64,000 nt of DNA. It comes from Eledone cirrhosa (lineage: Eukaryota). A program made the translations under genes and the position numbers. The first letter of the stretch is position 1. Every line of letters starts with the position of its first letter. The notes beneath the pieces are model-generated. The model searched no databases. It had not been told where the DNA came from and worked only from the letters and a program-made list of their open reading frames with translations. The stretch spans positions 274,102,001 through 274,166,000 of the forward strand of contig OZ024741.1 in the NCBI GenBank assembly GCA_964016885.1. Reading direction: 5' to 3'. This document shows, one piece after another, positions 13,967 to 27,920 of the stretch.

Positions 13967-14281
13967 ATTAAGAAATATAAAATATATGCGTAACGGTAAA
14001 CTTAAAAATTCAAATTACTACATAAATAAATAAAGGAAGGAGGGCAGATAGAAATGAGAGAGAAAGAAAGAAAATGACGAAAGAAGGAACGAAGATGTAG
14101 TTAAATGTATAACCTGCAAAGTTACGAAATCAAACTATCACATCAAAATAAATATAATATTAATAATAATATAGATATATGTAGAAAGAGAGAAGGGGGG
14201 GGGGATATAGCATAGGCAAAGAGGAAGGATAAGTAAGGAAGTTGAGAAAGAAATAGAGGAAGATTATGAGGGATGAGGAAG

Positions 14282-14407
14282 CTCTGTAATATGGAGCTCT
14301 TCCAAATTCTTAATTTTAGTAAAACCCTTCTTAACAGCAGAATTGAGCGAACTAACTTTTGCCGGCATAAATCAGCAACGAAATTCCTGAAATTTAGACC
14401 AACTTAA
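14282..14407 (+). pseudogene. PLE GIY-YIG C-terminal remnant
   Basis: Hand translation LCNMELFQILNFSKTLLNSRIERTNFCRHKSATKFLKFRPT*. Confidence 0.8.
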
Positions 14408-15091
14408 CCCCATGTTCTACTCCTTATTCCTTTTTATACTTTTAGTACCTATTACGATATCAAATGATCACAAACTTCATAATTACGTAAGAATAACCTA
14501 AAAACATTTGTATTAACATTATTTTTATTTTTATTTGTATTTACATCATCTATTATCTTATATATATATATATACACCTTTCACCATTTGTCTTTGTATT
14601 TCTCCACTTAAACATATTTTATCTCGATCATTTTATCCTATAATATAATACATCTCAAACTAGCTATTTTATATAGTAATATATATTCGTCCGTATGTTT
14701 ATTTTATTTTCTCTCTTCTTCATATCCCCATATTCATGATTAATTTCTATCCCCCTCTGCTTCCTCATCCCTCTTAATCTTCCTCTATTTCTTTCTCATC
14801 TTCCTTACTTATCCTTCCCCATTGCCTTTGCTATATCCCCCCCCTTCTCTCTTTCTACATATATCTATATTATTATTAATATTATATTTATTTTGATGTG
14901 ATTATTTGATTTCGTAACTTTGCAGGTTATACATTTAACTATATCTTCGTTCCTTCTTTCGTCATTTTCTTTCTTTCTCTATCATTTCTATTTGTCCCCC
15001 TTCCTTTATTTATTTATCATTAATACTATTATTGATGTAGTAATTTGAATTTTTAAGTTTACCGTTACGCATATATTTTATATTTCTTAAT

Positions 15092-15198
15092 AGTTTCTGA
15101 TGAAATGATTGAACTTAGATGTATTGTAAATTGAGTTATACTGTCTCCAGTATTTAGCAATTTATAGACAATTCTATCATGGAAACAATTGTAAGACT
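15092..15198 (+). ncRNA. Type I hammerhead ribozyme with ~75-nt stem II domain
   Basis: AGTTT-CTGATGA-A-ATGAT...ATCAT-G-GAAA-CAATTG-TA-AGACT. Confidence 0.75.
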
Positions 15199-15244
15199 GT
15201 AAATAAATATCCTTGTTTGTACTGTCAACCATGTTATTCTTCAC

Positions 15245-15281
<37 letters not shown>

Positions 15282-15408
15282 AAAGTTCTATTTAAATTGT
15301 TGGGATACAACAAGCAAATATTTTTATAACTGATATAAAGCACTCAACAAATAATTGGAGTAAAAATACGATATTAACAAATGGAGACTATATTTATAAA
15401 ACCATATT

Positions 15409-15473
15409 TATTTCATTATACATATTTCAAGGACACCAAGTTAAATTATGGTGTGTTTTCATCAGATAAAATA
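15409..15473 (-). ncRNA. Type I hammerhead ribozyme (element 15279-16485 with inverted partial copy 16395-16485)
   Basis: Minus: TATTTTAT-CTGATGA-..ACACCA/TGGTGT..-GAAA-TATGTA-TA-ATGAAATA. Confidence 0.65.
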
Positions 15474-16484
15474 TAATATAGAGCAGTTTTATAAATAAAT
15501 ATTGACATACCCTTAAAGAATGCAACCATTACTGTTGGAAGCTCCTGGATAGTGGAGTTATATCTTTAATTATACTATTAGGTAAGTTAGTATTGGATAT
15601 TTTTAAATAAGCCGTTGGGTTACGGAGAAAGAGAAAAAGAGAGAGAGAGAAGAACAAGAGAGAGAAAAAATAAAAGAGAGAGAGAGAGGAGAAAGAGAAG
15701 GGAGAGAGATCGAAAACTCTAAGTGATAGGTTGTTGAGTTATCTTAACATTTGAGATGAAGTGAAAGAGTAAATAAAATTAGAAATGTAAATACATATAT
15801 AATATGAGAATTTTAACCATTGTTTAAATATGATTAAATGTTTAGTTAATCAATTAAAATATTGAGATCCATACATTAAAAATTGAGATCTATATATTAA
15901 GAAATCTATATATAATTATTAAAACTATATATTATTAAAAATCTATATATTATTAGAAGAATATATTCACACATATACACACGCAAAAATACATACATAT
16001 AAATATATATACACACGTATAAACATATATACATATCTATCTACGTATATAATATATACATATAAAATATGAAGAATTTTTTAATTTAAGATATAGGAAT
16101 CTTATAAAATCAGAGAAAATCATTTCTATGTAATATCAAAGGAGCGTGAAGGAGAAATTATGTTATTTAGTTATATAAATGTTACAATTGTTAAGATATT
16201 AAAGGAGGTTTTATGTTATACACACTTTATGTTATTATACAAATTTTTTTTATATAAGTTTTATATTTAATAAGATTACCTGTTATGTAGTTATGACTGT
16301 TATTATATATGTTTATTTGTCACGAACCTTAGGATAATCCTTATAAACAAGTGCAATCGAATTGTATGCATATACACATATATATATACACACGAAAGCA
16401 CACCATGATTTAACTTGGTGTCCTTGAAATATGTATAATGAAATAAATATGGTTTTATAAATATAGTTTCCATTTGTTAATATC

Positions 16485-16546
<62 letters not shown>

Positions 16547-16764
16547 AGAATATAAAAGAGACAATTTTGAGTTCCTAACTCAATATATACCTTTGATATA
16601 TTCGGCTCCGTTAATTTGTTGAGCTATTTCAAATTTCGAATGAACCTGGCTGCTATTTTTAGTGGTGTAAGTTTGTGAGACGCGCTAGGATGTCATGTGC
16701 GCTATTTTATATAGCACACTATTCAGTTTCTTAATATACTTAGAAGTGTCTAGGATACTAATTC

Positions 16765-16836
16765 ATCACCCACTGATGAGCTTGAATTGGTAATTCTATT
16801 CACAATTAACATTGCGAAACAAGTTGTCTGGGTGAT
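16765..16836 (+). ncRNA. Type I hammerhead ribozyme
   Basis: ATCACCCA-CTGATGA-GC...GC-GAAA-CAAGTTG-TC-TGGGTGAT (8-bp perfect stem I, GUC cleavage triplet). Confidence 0.85.
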
Positions 16837-17155
16837 TGGTAGTTACCACAATTCCGGTGTGTATTTATTTTCTTGATTTTTTTCTTAAATTGAGACAAGC
16901 AAACCCAATTGTCTTTAGTTAGCATTCTTTTCACCTTAGCGAATCCGGTCCCTTATGATTTGAACACATATATGTGTATATCTGTGTTCGTTTTTCTTTT
17001 ATATTCTATTATAATATACGGCTCGGAAATATCTCTTTCTTAGAGCTATTTTGTTGTAGGAGACTATTTTGAGTTCCTAACTCAATATATACCTTTGATA
17101 TATATATTGAGTTAGGAAATCAAAATATACCTTTGATATACCTTTGATATACCTT

Positions 17156-17195
<40 letters not shown>

Positions 17196-17244
17196 AATAG
17201 ACACAATATAGACACAAACACATATATATAGTTTACATAATTTA

Positions 17245-17441
17245 CATAAATCTTTCGTTGCACATCTGCAACATCGTCAGTGGTGTTATATTTTTTCCTC
17301 CTGTTGTGTTGTATGTCTACGCCATTTTTTTTATTAAAAAATAAAAAAAAAATTAAAAAAATGGCGTAGACATACAACACAACAGGAGGAAAAAATATAA
17401 CACCACTGACGATGTTGCAGATGTGCAACGAAAGATTTATG
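17245..17441. ncRNA. Divergent pair of minimal hammerheads (17245-17282 minus; 17404-17441 plus) in an inverted repeat
   Basis: CA-CTGACGA-TGTTGCAGATGTGCAAC-GAAA-GATT-TA-TG on both arms; stem I is only 2 bp. Confidence 0.6.
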
Positions 17442-17680
17442 TAAAGTATGTAAACTATATATATGTGTTTGTGTCTATATTGTATCTGTATTATTTTTGA
17501 CCGTCGGTCAGTCAATGGCAACATTGAGGACCGAGTAAGTTAGATCGCAGATATAAAAGACAGCGAGAAGCGAATACCAACCAAACAGTGAGTGTGTTCT
17601 GTTATTAATTCTGGCAATATTACACAAATATGACCCTCCCCAAGTATAACAATATATACATATACATATATGTATATATG

Positions 17681-17806
<126 letters not shown>

Positions 17807-18695
17807 TATTTATATATGGATATTTTCAAGAAACATCTTCACATTCTGCTATTCAGGATTCCAGATGAAAGCAGAGTTGGGAATGAAGGTAACTTAAGGA
17901 CAACAGCAACGAACTCCCTCCTACATCAATGGCCAACCAACGCAGGCTGGATATAGAAAGTGAAGCGAGAAGGGCAGTGCCCCAGTATGGCCTCAGCCAG
18001 ATGGCTGGAACAGGTAAAAAAGTAAAAGAGTAAGAAAGAATATATATGATGTTGATAATGATGAAGATGATGTTGATGATGATGATGAGGAGGAGGAGGA
18101 GGAGGAAGAGGAGGAGGAGGATTACGACGGTGGTCTCTTTCATCGAGAACGACATATGAGTAGTCAATTGTTCGATCAAATGACCGACCTATCGATTTTG
18201 GTATTGAAAGTGGCTGAATATTCCATAGACACGTGTAGTCGTTACGGAATTCTTAAGGTAATCAACCTGATTACAAAGTGCTTCAAAGTTGCTTTTTGAC
18301 AATCCACCCGATGTACACACTCCCATCTAGTTTCTGGCAATTAGATTTCACATACAAGAGCAGGAATAATTGAAGTGATATAGTTGTGTCGTAATGTTGT
18401 TCTGAGTAGTGAGGTCGATTTTGTAGTGGGTAGATAGCACGGGACCCGAAGTCTTGGGCTATGTTTAAGAAATATTTGCCACATTACACAAATGATGTAG
18501 CGCGCACACTGGCATCAGAAAGAATAGAATTTGGGTTTATCTTGTTGACACCAAAAGTGAAAAAATGTCATGCGGTCTTTTATAATTGACCTCTGGAGTG
18601 CTTCAATTTTCATAATTCTTTGTTTCGTGCGAGGAGAGACCACAGTGGGGAGAAATATACAAGGTGTGGCCGGGCAAAATTAAAGAAGAGAAGGA

Positions 18696-18890
18696 TAATG
18701 GTTTCTTATATAGACACAAGGCCAGTAATTTTGGGGGAGGGGAAGGTCGACTAAATTGACTGGTACTTTATTTTATCGACCCCGTCATGATGAAAGGCAA
18801 AGTTAACCTCGGCGGGATCATAAAGTGCCGTAACTCTATGCTGCAAAGCATGGCGTCCGACCCTCTACCGATACTGCCAATCCACCGTCC
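18696..18890 (-). mobile_element. tRNA-derived SINE (Nin/Deu-like core)
   Basis: Core GCCTTTCATC..GGGGTCGATAAAATAAAGTACCAG plus A-box head, on the minus strand. Confidence 0.75.
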
Positions 18891-19300
18891 TCAAAGTAGA
18901 GAAGTTTAATGATATAAATACCACTATATCTAAAAATTCTAAGAATCCAGGAACACACCCAGAGGGCGAAATCAAATCTGTTTTTATGTAGGTACTCCAG
19001 CATGAGTTGTTATCAACAGTTACTCCCAGGTCTCTGGTGTTATTGGATGTCACGAGAGCTTCACTCGATGGAAGAGAATATGGTAACTTATGTGCATCGA
19101 CTTTTCCTAAATAGATTAACTCAAATCCATCCTCGTTTAGTAGATTATTGTTATATTGCGATCTACTGACTAACTACAGGTAGATCTGCTTGAAGGAATG
19201 TTCGGTCTCCCATTTCGTTGATGAGCTTCTGGAGTTTGGTATCATCATCGAAAATTCTTATTTTGCTGCATTTGATGACATCTATCATGTCATTGATATA

Positions 19301-19735
19301 AATAATTGTTTCTACTTTTGGCACAAGGTCAGCAATTATCCAGTATATTATTGGTACTTTATTTTATCGACCACGTAAGGATGAAAGGCAAAGCTAACTT
19401 CGACAAGATTTGAACCCAGAACGTAAAGGGCCGTAACTCTTTGCTGCAAAGCATGGCGTCCGTCCCTCTACCGATACTGCTAATCCACCGCCCTATATAA
19501 ATAATGATATAAATTGATATCAATAATGATTTGTGATTTAAACACAAGGCCAGCAATTTTTTAGGGGAGGGGAAAGTCGATTATATCGACCCCAGTGTAT
19601 GACTGGTACGTTATATTTTATCGACTCCGTAAGGATGAAAGGCAAAGCTAACCTCGACAAGATTTGAACTCAGAACGCAAAGGGCCGTAACTCAATGCCG
19701 GGAAGCAAGATGTCCGACGTTCTACCGATACTTTC
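19301..19735 (-). mobile_element. Two adjacent tRNA-derived SINE copies
   Basis: Same core at 19301-19493 and 19525-19735. Confidence 0.75.
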
Positions 19736-20040
19736 AAAATGAAGAGAACAGTGCTCAACACAGTGTCATTAGGTACATCACTAATGACTTTTACTTAGCT
19801 TGATCATATTCCTTCGATTACAACATGGTGGCTTCTGTTCACCAAGAAACATGAAATACACTGTTGTGGCTTACCAGAGACTCCAATGTTGGATAGATTA
19901 TTCAACAGGATGCTGTCATCAGCCCTGTAAAAACCCTCGCTGAAGTCATAGTATATAATATATGTATCTGGAGTGCGGGGTAGTTTGTACACTGTCGTCA
20001 TATCAGAGATTGCGGGTGATATATATATATATATATATAT

Positions 20041-20505
20041 TAAGACAGTGGGGAAGAAAAAATGGCTTCACTTGTGCTTTCAACAAATTTATTTTCTTCA
20101 CAAAATCCCAAAAGAATTTTTTTCCGGATTAGAAAAAAAATTTTTTTTTCTTAAAAAAATTATTTTATAAATTAAGTTAGGTCTTAGGAGTTCTTGGTTA
20201 ACGTAGGAGGTATTGTTTTGTTTTTAGAACGACCTTTCACGCTGAGATGCGCTTGTCAAACTGATGTGTATGTGGTGTGTTGTTCTATATATAGGGATTT
20301 AACATGTCTGTGGTGTGGTGGTGGGTTTTTTCTCCCTCTTTTAATAAGTGTATGGGTGTAGGTGTGTTGAAAAAGTGTTTTCGGAAAAAAATTATTTTTG
20401 GATTTTGTGAAGAAAATAAATTTGTTGAAAGCACAAGTGAAGCCATTTTTTCTTCCCTCCCCCCTGTCTTAATATACCTAACTGTACCAAGGATTACACA
20501 CATTT

Positions 20506-20510
<5 letters not shown>
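20041..20510. repeat. Inverted repeat (20041-20125 / 20381-20471) between (TA)n tracts
   Basis: TAAGACAG..AATGGCTTCACTTGTGCTTTCAAC and its reverse complement. Confidence 0.7.
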
Positions 20511-20544
<34 letters not shown>

Positions 20545-20557
20545 TGTGTGTGTGTGC

Positions 20558-20608
<51 letters not shown>

Positions 20609-20772
20609 TATGTAATAAACAACGTAAGACAATTATTCCATTTACCAAAGGTTTCACGAAGACAGACAAGCTCAACAGAGACGTCAGAAATCGGTCATCA
20701 GATTCTTACATAATTAAATAGCTCTGTAGCATACATAGAGCACTCTCCTTTCCTTTACCCTATCATATATAT

Positions 20773-20837
<65 letters not shown>

Positions 20838-20965
20838 TAAGTTATTACGGGTTGAATCGGAGGTAACCACAGTAAGTAAGGTACTCAATACATGGCAGAG
20901 TATAAAAGTTTTAATATAGAAGAGATTCTACAGGACTAGAACTGTTAATATATAACTGTTAAACT

Positions 20966-21034
<69 letters not shown>

Positions 21035-21172
21035 GTGTTAAACGATATTCAATGATTATGTCAAAGAATGAGTTTTACAGTAGATTCGAAGTACTCTACG
21101 AAAAAAAATTTCCGGAGTTATTAATATTAAAATATAAATATTAATAAAATAGATGTTCTTTTGATCAATTAC

Positions 21173-21225
21173 ATTTTATTATACATATTTCGGATGTACA
21201 ACAGTACGTCCTCATCAGACAAAAT
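21173..21225 (-). ncRNA. Type I hammerhead ribozyme
   Basis: Minus: ATTTTGT-CTGATGA-GGACGTAC-TGTT-GTACATCC-GAAA-TATGTA-TA-ATAAAAT; truncated copy at ~43597-43622. Confidence 0.75.
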
Positions 21226-21504
21226 ATAATGATACATGACATACTCTGAGATGTTATATGGTTAAGATTTAATCAAGGTAGTGATTAACCTAAGAGAAAA
21301 TTTTACATATATAGCCTAATTATGAGAAAATATGAAAACGTAATAAATTCATTAGAGAATGTTGCTTACTGTAACTGTTCTAGGGGTTTTAAAATGTATG
21401 ATACTATGATATATCTAGGAAAACTCTCATGAATCATAACAGCCAGTGATAGCCACTGAAAAAGGATTTATAAAGATTTATACATATATATATATATATA
21501 TGTA

Positions 21505-21546
<42 letters not shown>

Positions 21547-21550
21547 AAAA

Positions 21551-22216
<666 letters not shown>

Positions 22217-22260
22217 AATCTCTGATATGACGACAGTGTACAAACTACTCCGCACCCAGG

Positions 22261-22317
<57 letters not shown>

Positions 22318-22551
22318 CTCACTATAACCATACACAAGTTGAAGAATCCTTCTGGTGAAACACGTGTCCTCAACTATGGTTTGCTAATTTGTTGTGGAAC
22401 TAACTTTCTCTCTCTTTCTTTCTCTCTCTCTCCCCCTCCCTCTCTTTCTCTCTCTCCCCCCTCTCCCCCTCTCTCTCTATATATATATATATTATATATA
22501 CAGGTAGATATATATATACATGTAGATAGGTAGATGGAGATAGATAGATAT

Positions 22552-22583
<32 letters not shown>

Positions 22584-22744
22584 TAAAGAGAAAAAGAAAA
22601 CAGAATAATATCGAGTGAGGTAGAAAGTATTATTGATTTATCGATTAAGTATATTTCTATTTCGTTCCCTGACGAAATGATACTGAAGTCAACCAATTAA
22701 CTCGTTCTCTTTATGTCCACTTGGACACGGAGGTTTTATAGGTA

Positions 22745-23080
22745 GGCGGTGGTGGGGGGGTGATGGAGTCGTGGCGGGGTGGTAGTGGTGGTGCTAGTGG
22801 TGACGGTAGTGGTGGTGGTGGTAGTGGTGACGGTAGTGGTGATGGTGGTGGTGACGGTAGTGGTGGTGGTAGTGGTGACGGTAGTGGTGGTGGTAGTGGT
22901 GACGGTAGTGGTGGTGGTGATGGTGGTGGTGGTGGTGGTGGTGTTAGTGGTGGTGGTGATGGTGTTGGTGGTGTTGGTGGGGGAGTGGTGGGGGAGTAGT
23001 GGGGGTGAGGGAGTAGGGATGATGGGAAAGTGGTGGTGGGGTGGTGGTGAAGGTGGGGTAGAAATGAGGGGGAGATAGGG
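22745..23080 (+). repeat. (GGT)n-derived G-rich microsatellite/minisatellite
   Basis: GGTAGTGGTGACGGTAGTGGTGGT units. Confidence 0.9.
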
Positions 23081-23373
23081 GAGGAGTTATAACTAGAACT
23101 GGAGATAGAGGAGAGAGACAGAGAGTTATAGCTAGTGAGGGAGAGAGAGGGAGAGGAGAGTGTTATGTTTGAGGGGGGTGGTGGATGAGACAGTGACGAC
23201 TGGGCTGGCGGAGAAACTATAATTAGATGTGGAGGTGGAGGAGAGAATTATACCTGGAATAGAGGTGGAACGTGCTGTGTTATAACAGGAGACGAGGGTG
23301 GAAGAAGGGGTAAGCCTGGATGTGAATTTTGAGAAGGATACAGAGAGAGAAAGAGACAGAGACAGAGAGAGAA

Positions 23374-23438
<65 letters not shown>

Positions 23439-23629
23439 GAGTTGTAGCTAGAAGGGAAGTTAAATAAAGAGAACTTAAAGTCGGAGGTGGTGGAGGAAGG
23501 GAGTAGTTTTAGCTGGAGGTTTTCTAGCTAGAGGCCCTGGTGGAGGAAGAGTTAAAGCTGGAAGTGAAGATTAAGGGGGGGGGGCTTTATACGTTGGGGT
23601 GCAGCTGGAGGAGAGAGAGTGGGGAGAGT

Positions 23630-23667
<38 letters not shown>

Positions 23668-23691
23668 TCGTGTGTTACACCTCTATTCTTT

Positions 23692-23729
<38 letters not shown>

Positions 23730-23732
<3 letters not shown>

Positions 23733-24050
23733 GGTAAAGACCCACTTCGGTCACGAATGACCATGGAATTTTCACCTATAATGTTCCCGCTCCGAGCAAA
23801 GTTGTTTGTGGAAGACCAGTAGTCACCCATGCACACCAGACTCCCCTCTCCACGCCACCGATGTTGTCCAAGGGAAAGGCAAAAGTCGATATAACTTGAT
23901 ACCGGTGACGTCGCAACTGATTTCTACAGCTGAGTGAACTGGAGCAGCGGGAAATAAAGTGTCTTGCTCAAGGACACAAGGCATCACTCGGTCTGAGAAT
24001 CGAACTCCCAGCCTTTCGATTGCAATCCCAATCCTCAAAACATTAAGCCA
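23730..24050 (-). mobile_element. Second SINE family (CORE-like GTGTCCTTGAGCAAGACACTTT domain)
   Basis: tRNA-like head plus CORE-like box; related copies at 27597-27920 (+) and 60445-60630 (+). Confidence 0.65.
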
Positions 24051-24069
24051 CATTATATATATTTATAAA

Positions 24070-24262
24070 GGCGGTGGATTGGCAGTATCGGTAGAGGGTC
24101 GGACGCCAAGCTTCGCAGCAAAGAGTTACGGCCCTTTATGGTCTGAGTTCAAATCCCGCCGAGGTTAACTTTGCCTTTCATCCTTACGGGGTCGATAAAA
24201 TAAAGTATTAGTAATACACTGGGATAATTGCTGGCCTTGTGCCAAAAGTAGAAATAATTATA
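24070..24262 (+). mobile_element. tRNA-derived SINE, full-length
   Basis: A-box TGGCAGTATCGG, B-box GAGTTCAAATCC, core, tail TGTGCCAAAAGTAGAAA. Confidence 0.85.
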
Positions 24263-24416
24263 TATATGCCCCAGCATGGCCTCAGCCGGATGGCTGGAAC
24301 AGGTAAAAGAGTAAAAGTGTATATATTTCAGAAGAACCCGTTAAGGGTGAAAGCAGCGATTCTTTGCTTAAACTTTAATCTGTTATTTTAATAAATATAT
24401 ATAATATATATAATAT

Positions 24417-24460
<44 letters not shown>

Positions 24461-24510
24461 TATATCAGAAAAAGAAAGAAAATCAGTATTGCGACGAATG
24501 GAATTTATTG

Positions 24511-24606
24511 GACATATTACAGTCGTTTCTCTGGCGACCAGCTCGAGGCACGATCGATGTGATGATCGAACCTGACTCTGAAAATCGCAAGATCCTCAGA
24601 TACGTC
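24511..24606 (-). ncRNA. Type I hammerhead ribozyme
   Basis: Minus: GACGTAT-CTGAGGA-TCT.GCGAT...GTCGC.AGA-GAAA-CGACTG-TA-ATATGTC. Confidence 0.75.
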
Positions 24607-24682
24607 TTGATTCTACGAACCATATTTTCCAAATTTATATATGTATGTATATATACATATATATATATATACATATACATAC

Positions 24683-24780
<98 letters not shown>

Positions 24781-25534
24781 AGAATGAATAACAGGTAGAC
24801 ATCATAAAAAGGTAGTTTATTCCGTGTGCTTACAACGCATATATATACATATATATATATATATGTATATATATGCTTACGCATATATATACATATATAT
24901 ATATATGTATATATATGCGTATATATATATATATATATATAATATATATATATATATAGCGAGAGAGAGAGAGAGAGAGAGATGAGGCGAGAAACTCACA
25001 GTTAGAAAGGAAGCTCGATAGAGAGGAGTAACATCTGGAGGTGAAGGTGAAGCATTAGTTAGATCTGGTGGTGGAGGCCATCTCTAACTAACTACCATCA
25101 TACACTGCCACCTAAGCTCTGTAAGCAAACTTTCTGTCTACACACACACACACCACACAGAAAACAAACCAAAAAAAAATAACACAAAATAAAAGAACAA
25201 AATCAAAAATAAAAGTAACACCGTTTGCGCTGAAATAATTGACTAGAGGTTGAAACGGTAAGCTGCATTTCAATGGCTTTCTCTGGATTTACAAAGATTT
25301 GATCAGATCTGGCTGATGTTATCACAAGCGAACCATTTCTAATGCGGAGATAATTGGACGTAGTGAGTGGCTGGCTGATTGTTAAAAAGAATGCTTGATG
25401 AACATCGGAAGTAGAGTTGGTTCAGTGATAACAGGTTGAATCAGTACTATAATAGATATATGTTTACCAGTGGCACTAACATAGAGTCATTCATAATAGA
25501 GGTGTATATGGAAACCTATACGAAATTTTTTGTT

Positions 25535-26479
25535 AATAATTGTTTGTACTTTTAACACAAGGCTAGCAATTACCCCCAGTGCATTACTAATGCTTCATTT
25601 TCATCGATCCCGTAAGATGGAAAGGCAAAGTTAATTTTTATAAATAGTGATTTCTGATTTAGTCACAAGGTGAACAATTTTGAGGAAGGCAAATGTCAAT
25701 TAAATCGACCTCAATGCGTTACTGGTATATTATTTTATCAACCCCGTAAGGATGAAAGGCAAAACTAATCTCGGCAGGATTTGAACTTAGACTGTAAAGG
25801 GCCGTAACACTATGCTGCACAACTTGGCATCCAACTCTCCGCCAATACTACCATCCAATATTAACAACAATGCTTTGAGATGTTTGTGCAGGCAGTTTCA
25901 ACTAAAGAAAGAACGAAATTTTATTCTTCAATCTAATTTGTTAAAGGTCGGGCTGTTTGTTCGATTTTAACGGAAGATAGAGAATGATAGTAGTGGGGTG
26001 GGAAGATAGAGAGCGAGTGAGATAATGATAGTAGTGGGGTCGGTATATTATTTTATCAACCCCGTAAGGATGAAAGGCAAAACTAACCTCGGTAGAATTT
26101 GAACTCAGAAGGTAAAATGTCGTAACTCTATGCCACAAAGCATGTTGTCCGATGCTCTACCGATTCCTGCCAATCCACGGCCGGGAAATATGTAGCAATA
26201 ATAAACATACTATACGTGTCAAACTATGACTGTTTTAAGCACTGATCATACCACTGCTATTTGAGTAGCAGTGTGAGAACAGCAGACATTATTGGATTGG
26301 CAGTATCAGTAGAGGGTCAGACGCCATGCTTTGCAACATAGAGTTACGCCCCTTTATGGTCTGAGTTCAAATCCCGCCGAGGTTAACTTTGCATTTCATC
26401 CATACGGGGTCGATAAAATAAAGTACCAGTAATGTACTGGGTATTTGCTGGCCTTGTGCCAAAAGTAGAAACAATTATT
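25535..26479. mobile_element. Cluster of four tRNA-SINE copies (25535-25640, 25645-25858, 26041-26182 minus; 26293-26479 plus)
   Basis: Repeated SINE core and tail. Confidence 0.75.
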
Positions 26480-26674
26480 CATAGCGAGAATTATATAAGT
26501 AAACATAAACAAACCATATATATCTTCATATATACCTCTGTTGTGAATCACGCTGTGTTAGTATTACTGCTAATAAATCGTAACCAGTCAAACCCGCACT
26601 GTACGATAATCGGCTGAAAAATTCATAGGCTAATCTAGGTTTATATTTCAACAAATTCTCTGGATAGAGACAAC

Positions 26675-27552
26675 ACACATACATACATACATGGTGGCTG
26701 CCAACTCGTTTTCGAGTACGGCCCACTCTCTTAACCAAGATGATATTTACCAAAAAGAAGAACAAGTCAACATTATTGGATGCCATCAGGGTTGCAGGTG
26801 TTATATCAGAGTTTTCCTTCTCCTAGAATTCTGCCTTGACAAAGGCTAAGGGGTCATCTCTCCTACATACATACATACATACATACATACATACATACAT
26901 ACATACATACATACATACATACATACATACATACATACATACATACATGGTGGCTGCCAACTCGTTTTCGAGTACGGCCACTCACTTTATATCCATGTAG
27001 GAGAAACCCTACCGATGCGCTGAACGAGTGTAACTTTTTAGTCCAGCCAGCGACTTGTAAACTCTGGTACAAACACTACACTTGTGACAATTATTGACAC
27101 ATAGTGCTGGGCCCATGGTACCATGTGACGACAAGTGCAGAGATCTCCAGATATAAAGCAATGCCTGTGCCGTGAAGCTTTTATAGTGAGCAAAGGCACT
27201 GCACAAAGCCAGTCCCACTCTCTTAACCAAGATGATATTTACCAAAAAGAAGAACAAGTCAACATCATTGGATACCATCAGGGTTGCAGGTGTTATATCA
27301 GAGTTTTCCTTCTCCTAGAATTCTGCCTTGACAAAGGCTAAGGGGTCATCTCTCCCGGTGATTTTGGATGGCCATTGAGTCTTAAGAGCTCCTTTGCCCT
27401 TTGACAGGTTTTGTTTTTAGTCCTGCAGGATGTCCAAAGTCACCCTCCTCACTAAGTAAACTTGGTCGGGTTGCCGGTTTAGTCGCCGACGACCTGACCA
27501 TGCGACAGGTTGTACTGGATTACATGTTACCTGTATCCTCAAGAGTTACCCG
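26675..27552 (-). mobile_element. RTE-type internally deleted retroposon with (ATGT)n tail, plus tandem partial copy (26675-26862)
   Basis: C-terminal C2H2-like remnant CSVCTRVYKSLAGLKSYTRSAH; (TACA)n at 26863-26948; 5' part homologous to 58385-58570. Confidence 0.6.
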
Positions 27553-27596
27553 ACATACATACATGCATACATGCATGCATGCATACATACATATAG

Positions 27597-27920
27597 GCGT
27601 ATGACTTATTGGTTAGGGTGTTAGGCTTGCAATCGTGGGGTTGTGAGTTCGATCTCCGGACCGGGTGATGCGTTGAGTCTTTGAGCAAGACACTTTATTT
27701 TACGTTGTTCCAGTTCACTCAGATGTAGCAATGAGTTTTGACGTCACTGGTGCCAAGCTGTATCGGCCATTGCCTTCGGTGGCGTGGAGAGGGGAGACTG
27801 GTATGCATGGGTGACTGCTGGACTTCCACAAACAACTTTGCCCGGCCTTGTTCTCTCGGAAAGGATCTTTCTAGGTATAAACTCCCATTGTCAATCGTGA
27901 CCGAAGGGGTCTTTGCTTTT
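27597..27920 (+). mobile_element. SINE with CORE-like domain
   Basis: B-box GAGTTCGATCTC; TCTTTGAGCAAGACACTTTA. Confidence 0.65.

Larger units (their letters stand above)
18230..20010 (-). pseudogene. Decayed CR1/L2-type LINE RT region interrupted by three SINEs
   Basis: Motifs in order: IYYDFSEGFYRADDSILL..GVSGK; VISDVPNDTVLSTVLFI; YINDM..IFDDDTKL; TRDLGVTVDNNSCWSTYI; KIEALQRS. Confidence 0.8.

Noticed and set aside
20638-20706. Hammerhead on the minus strand
   Set aside because: Core boxes appear, but stem I does not pair and the segment looks locally rearranged relative to the 13366 family; the similar 29720-29780 copy has a mutated GAAA
22760-22999. Gly-rich protein
   Set aside because: (GGT)n microsatellite, no splice or context support
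24070-24165. tRNA genes at SINE heads
   Set aside because: A/B boxes are present but there is no cloverleaf, and they continue into the SINE core
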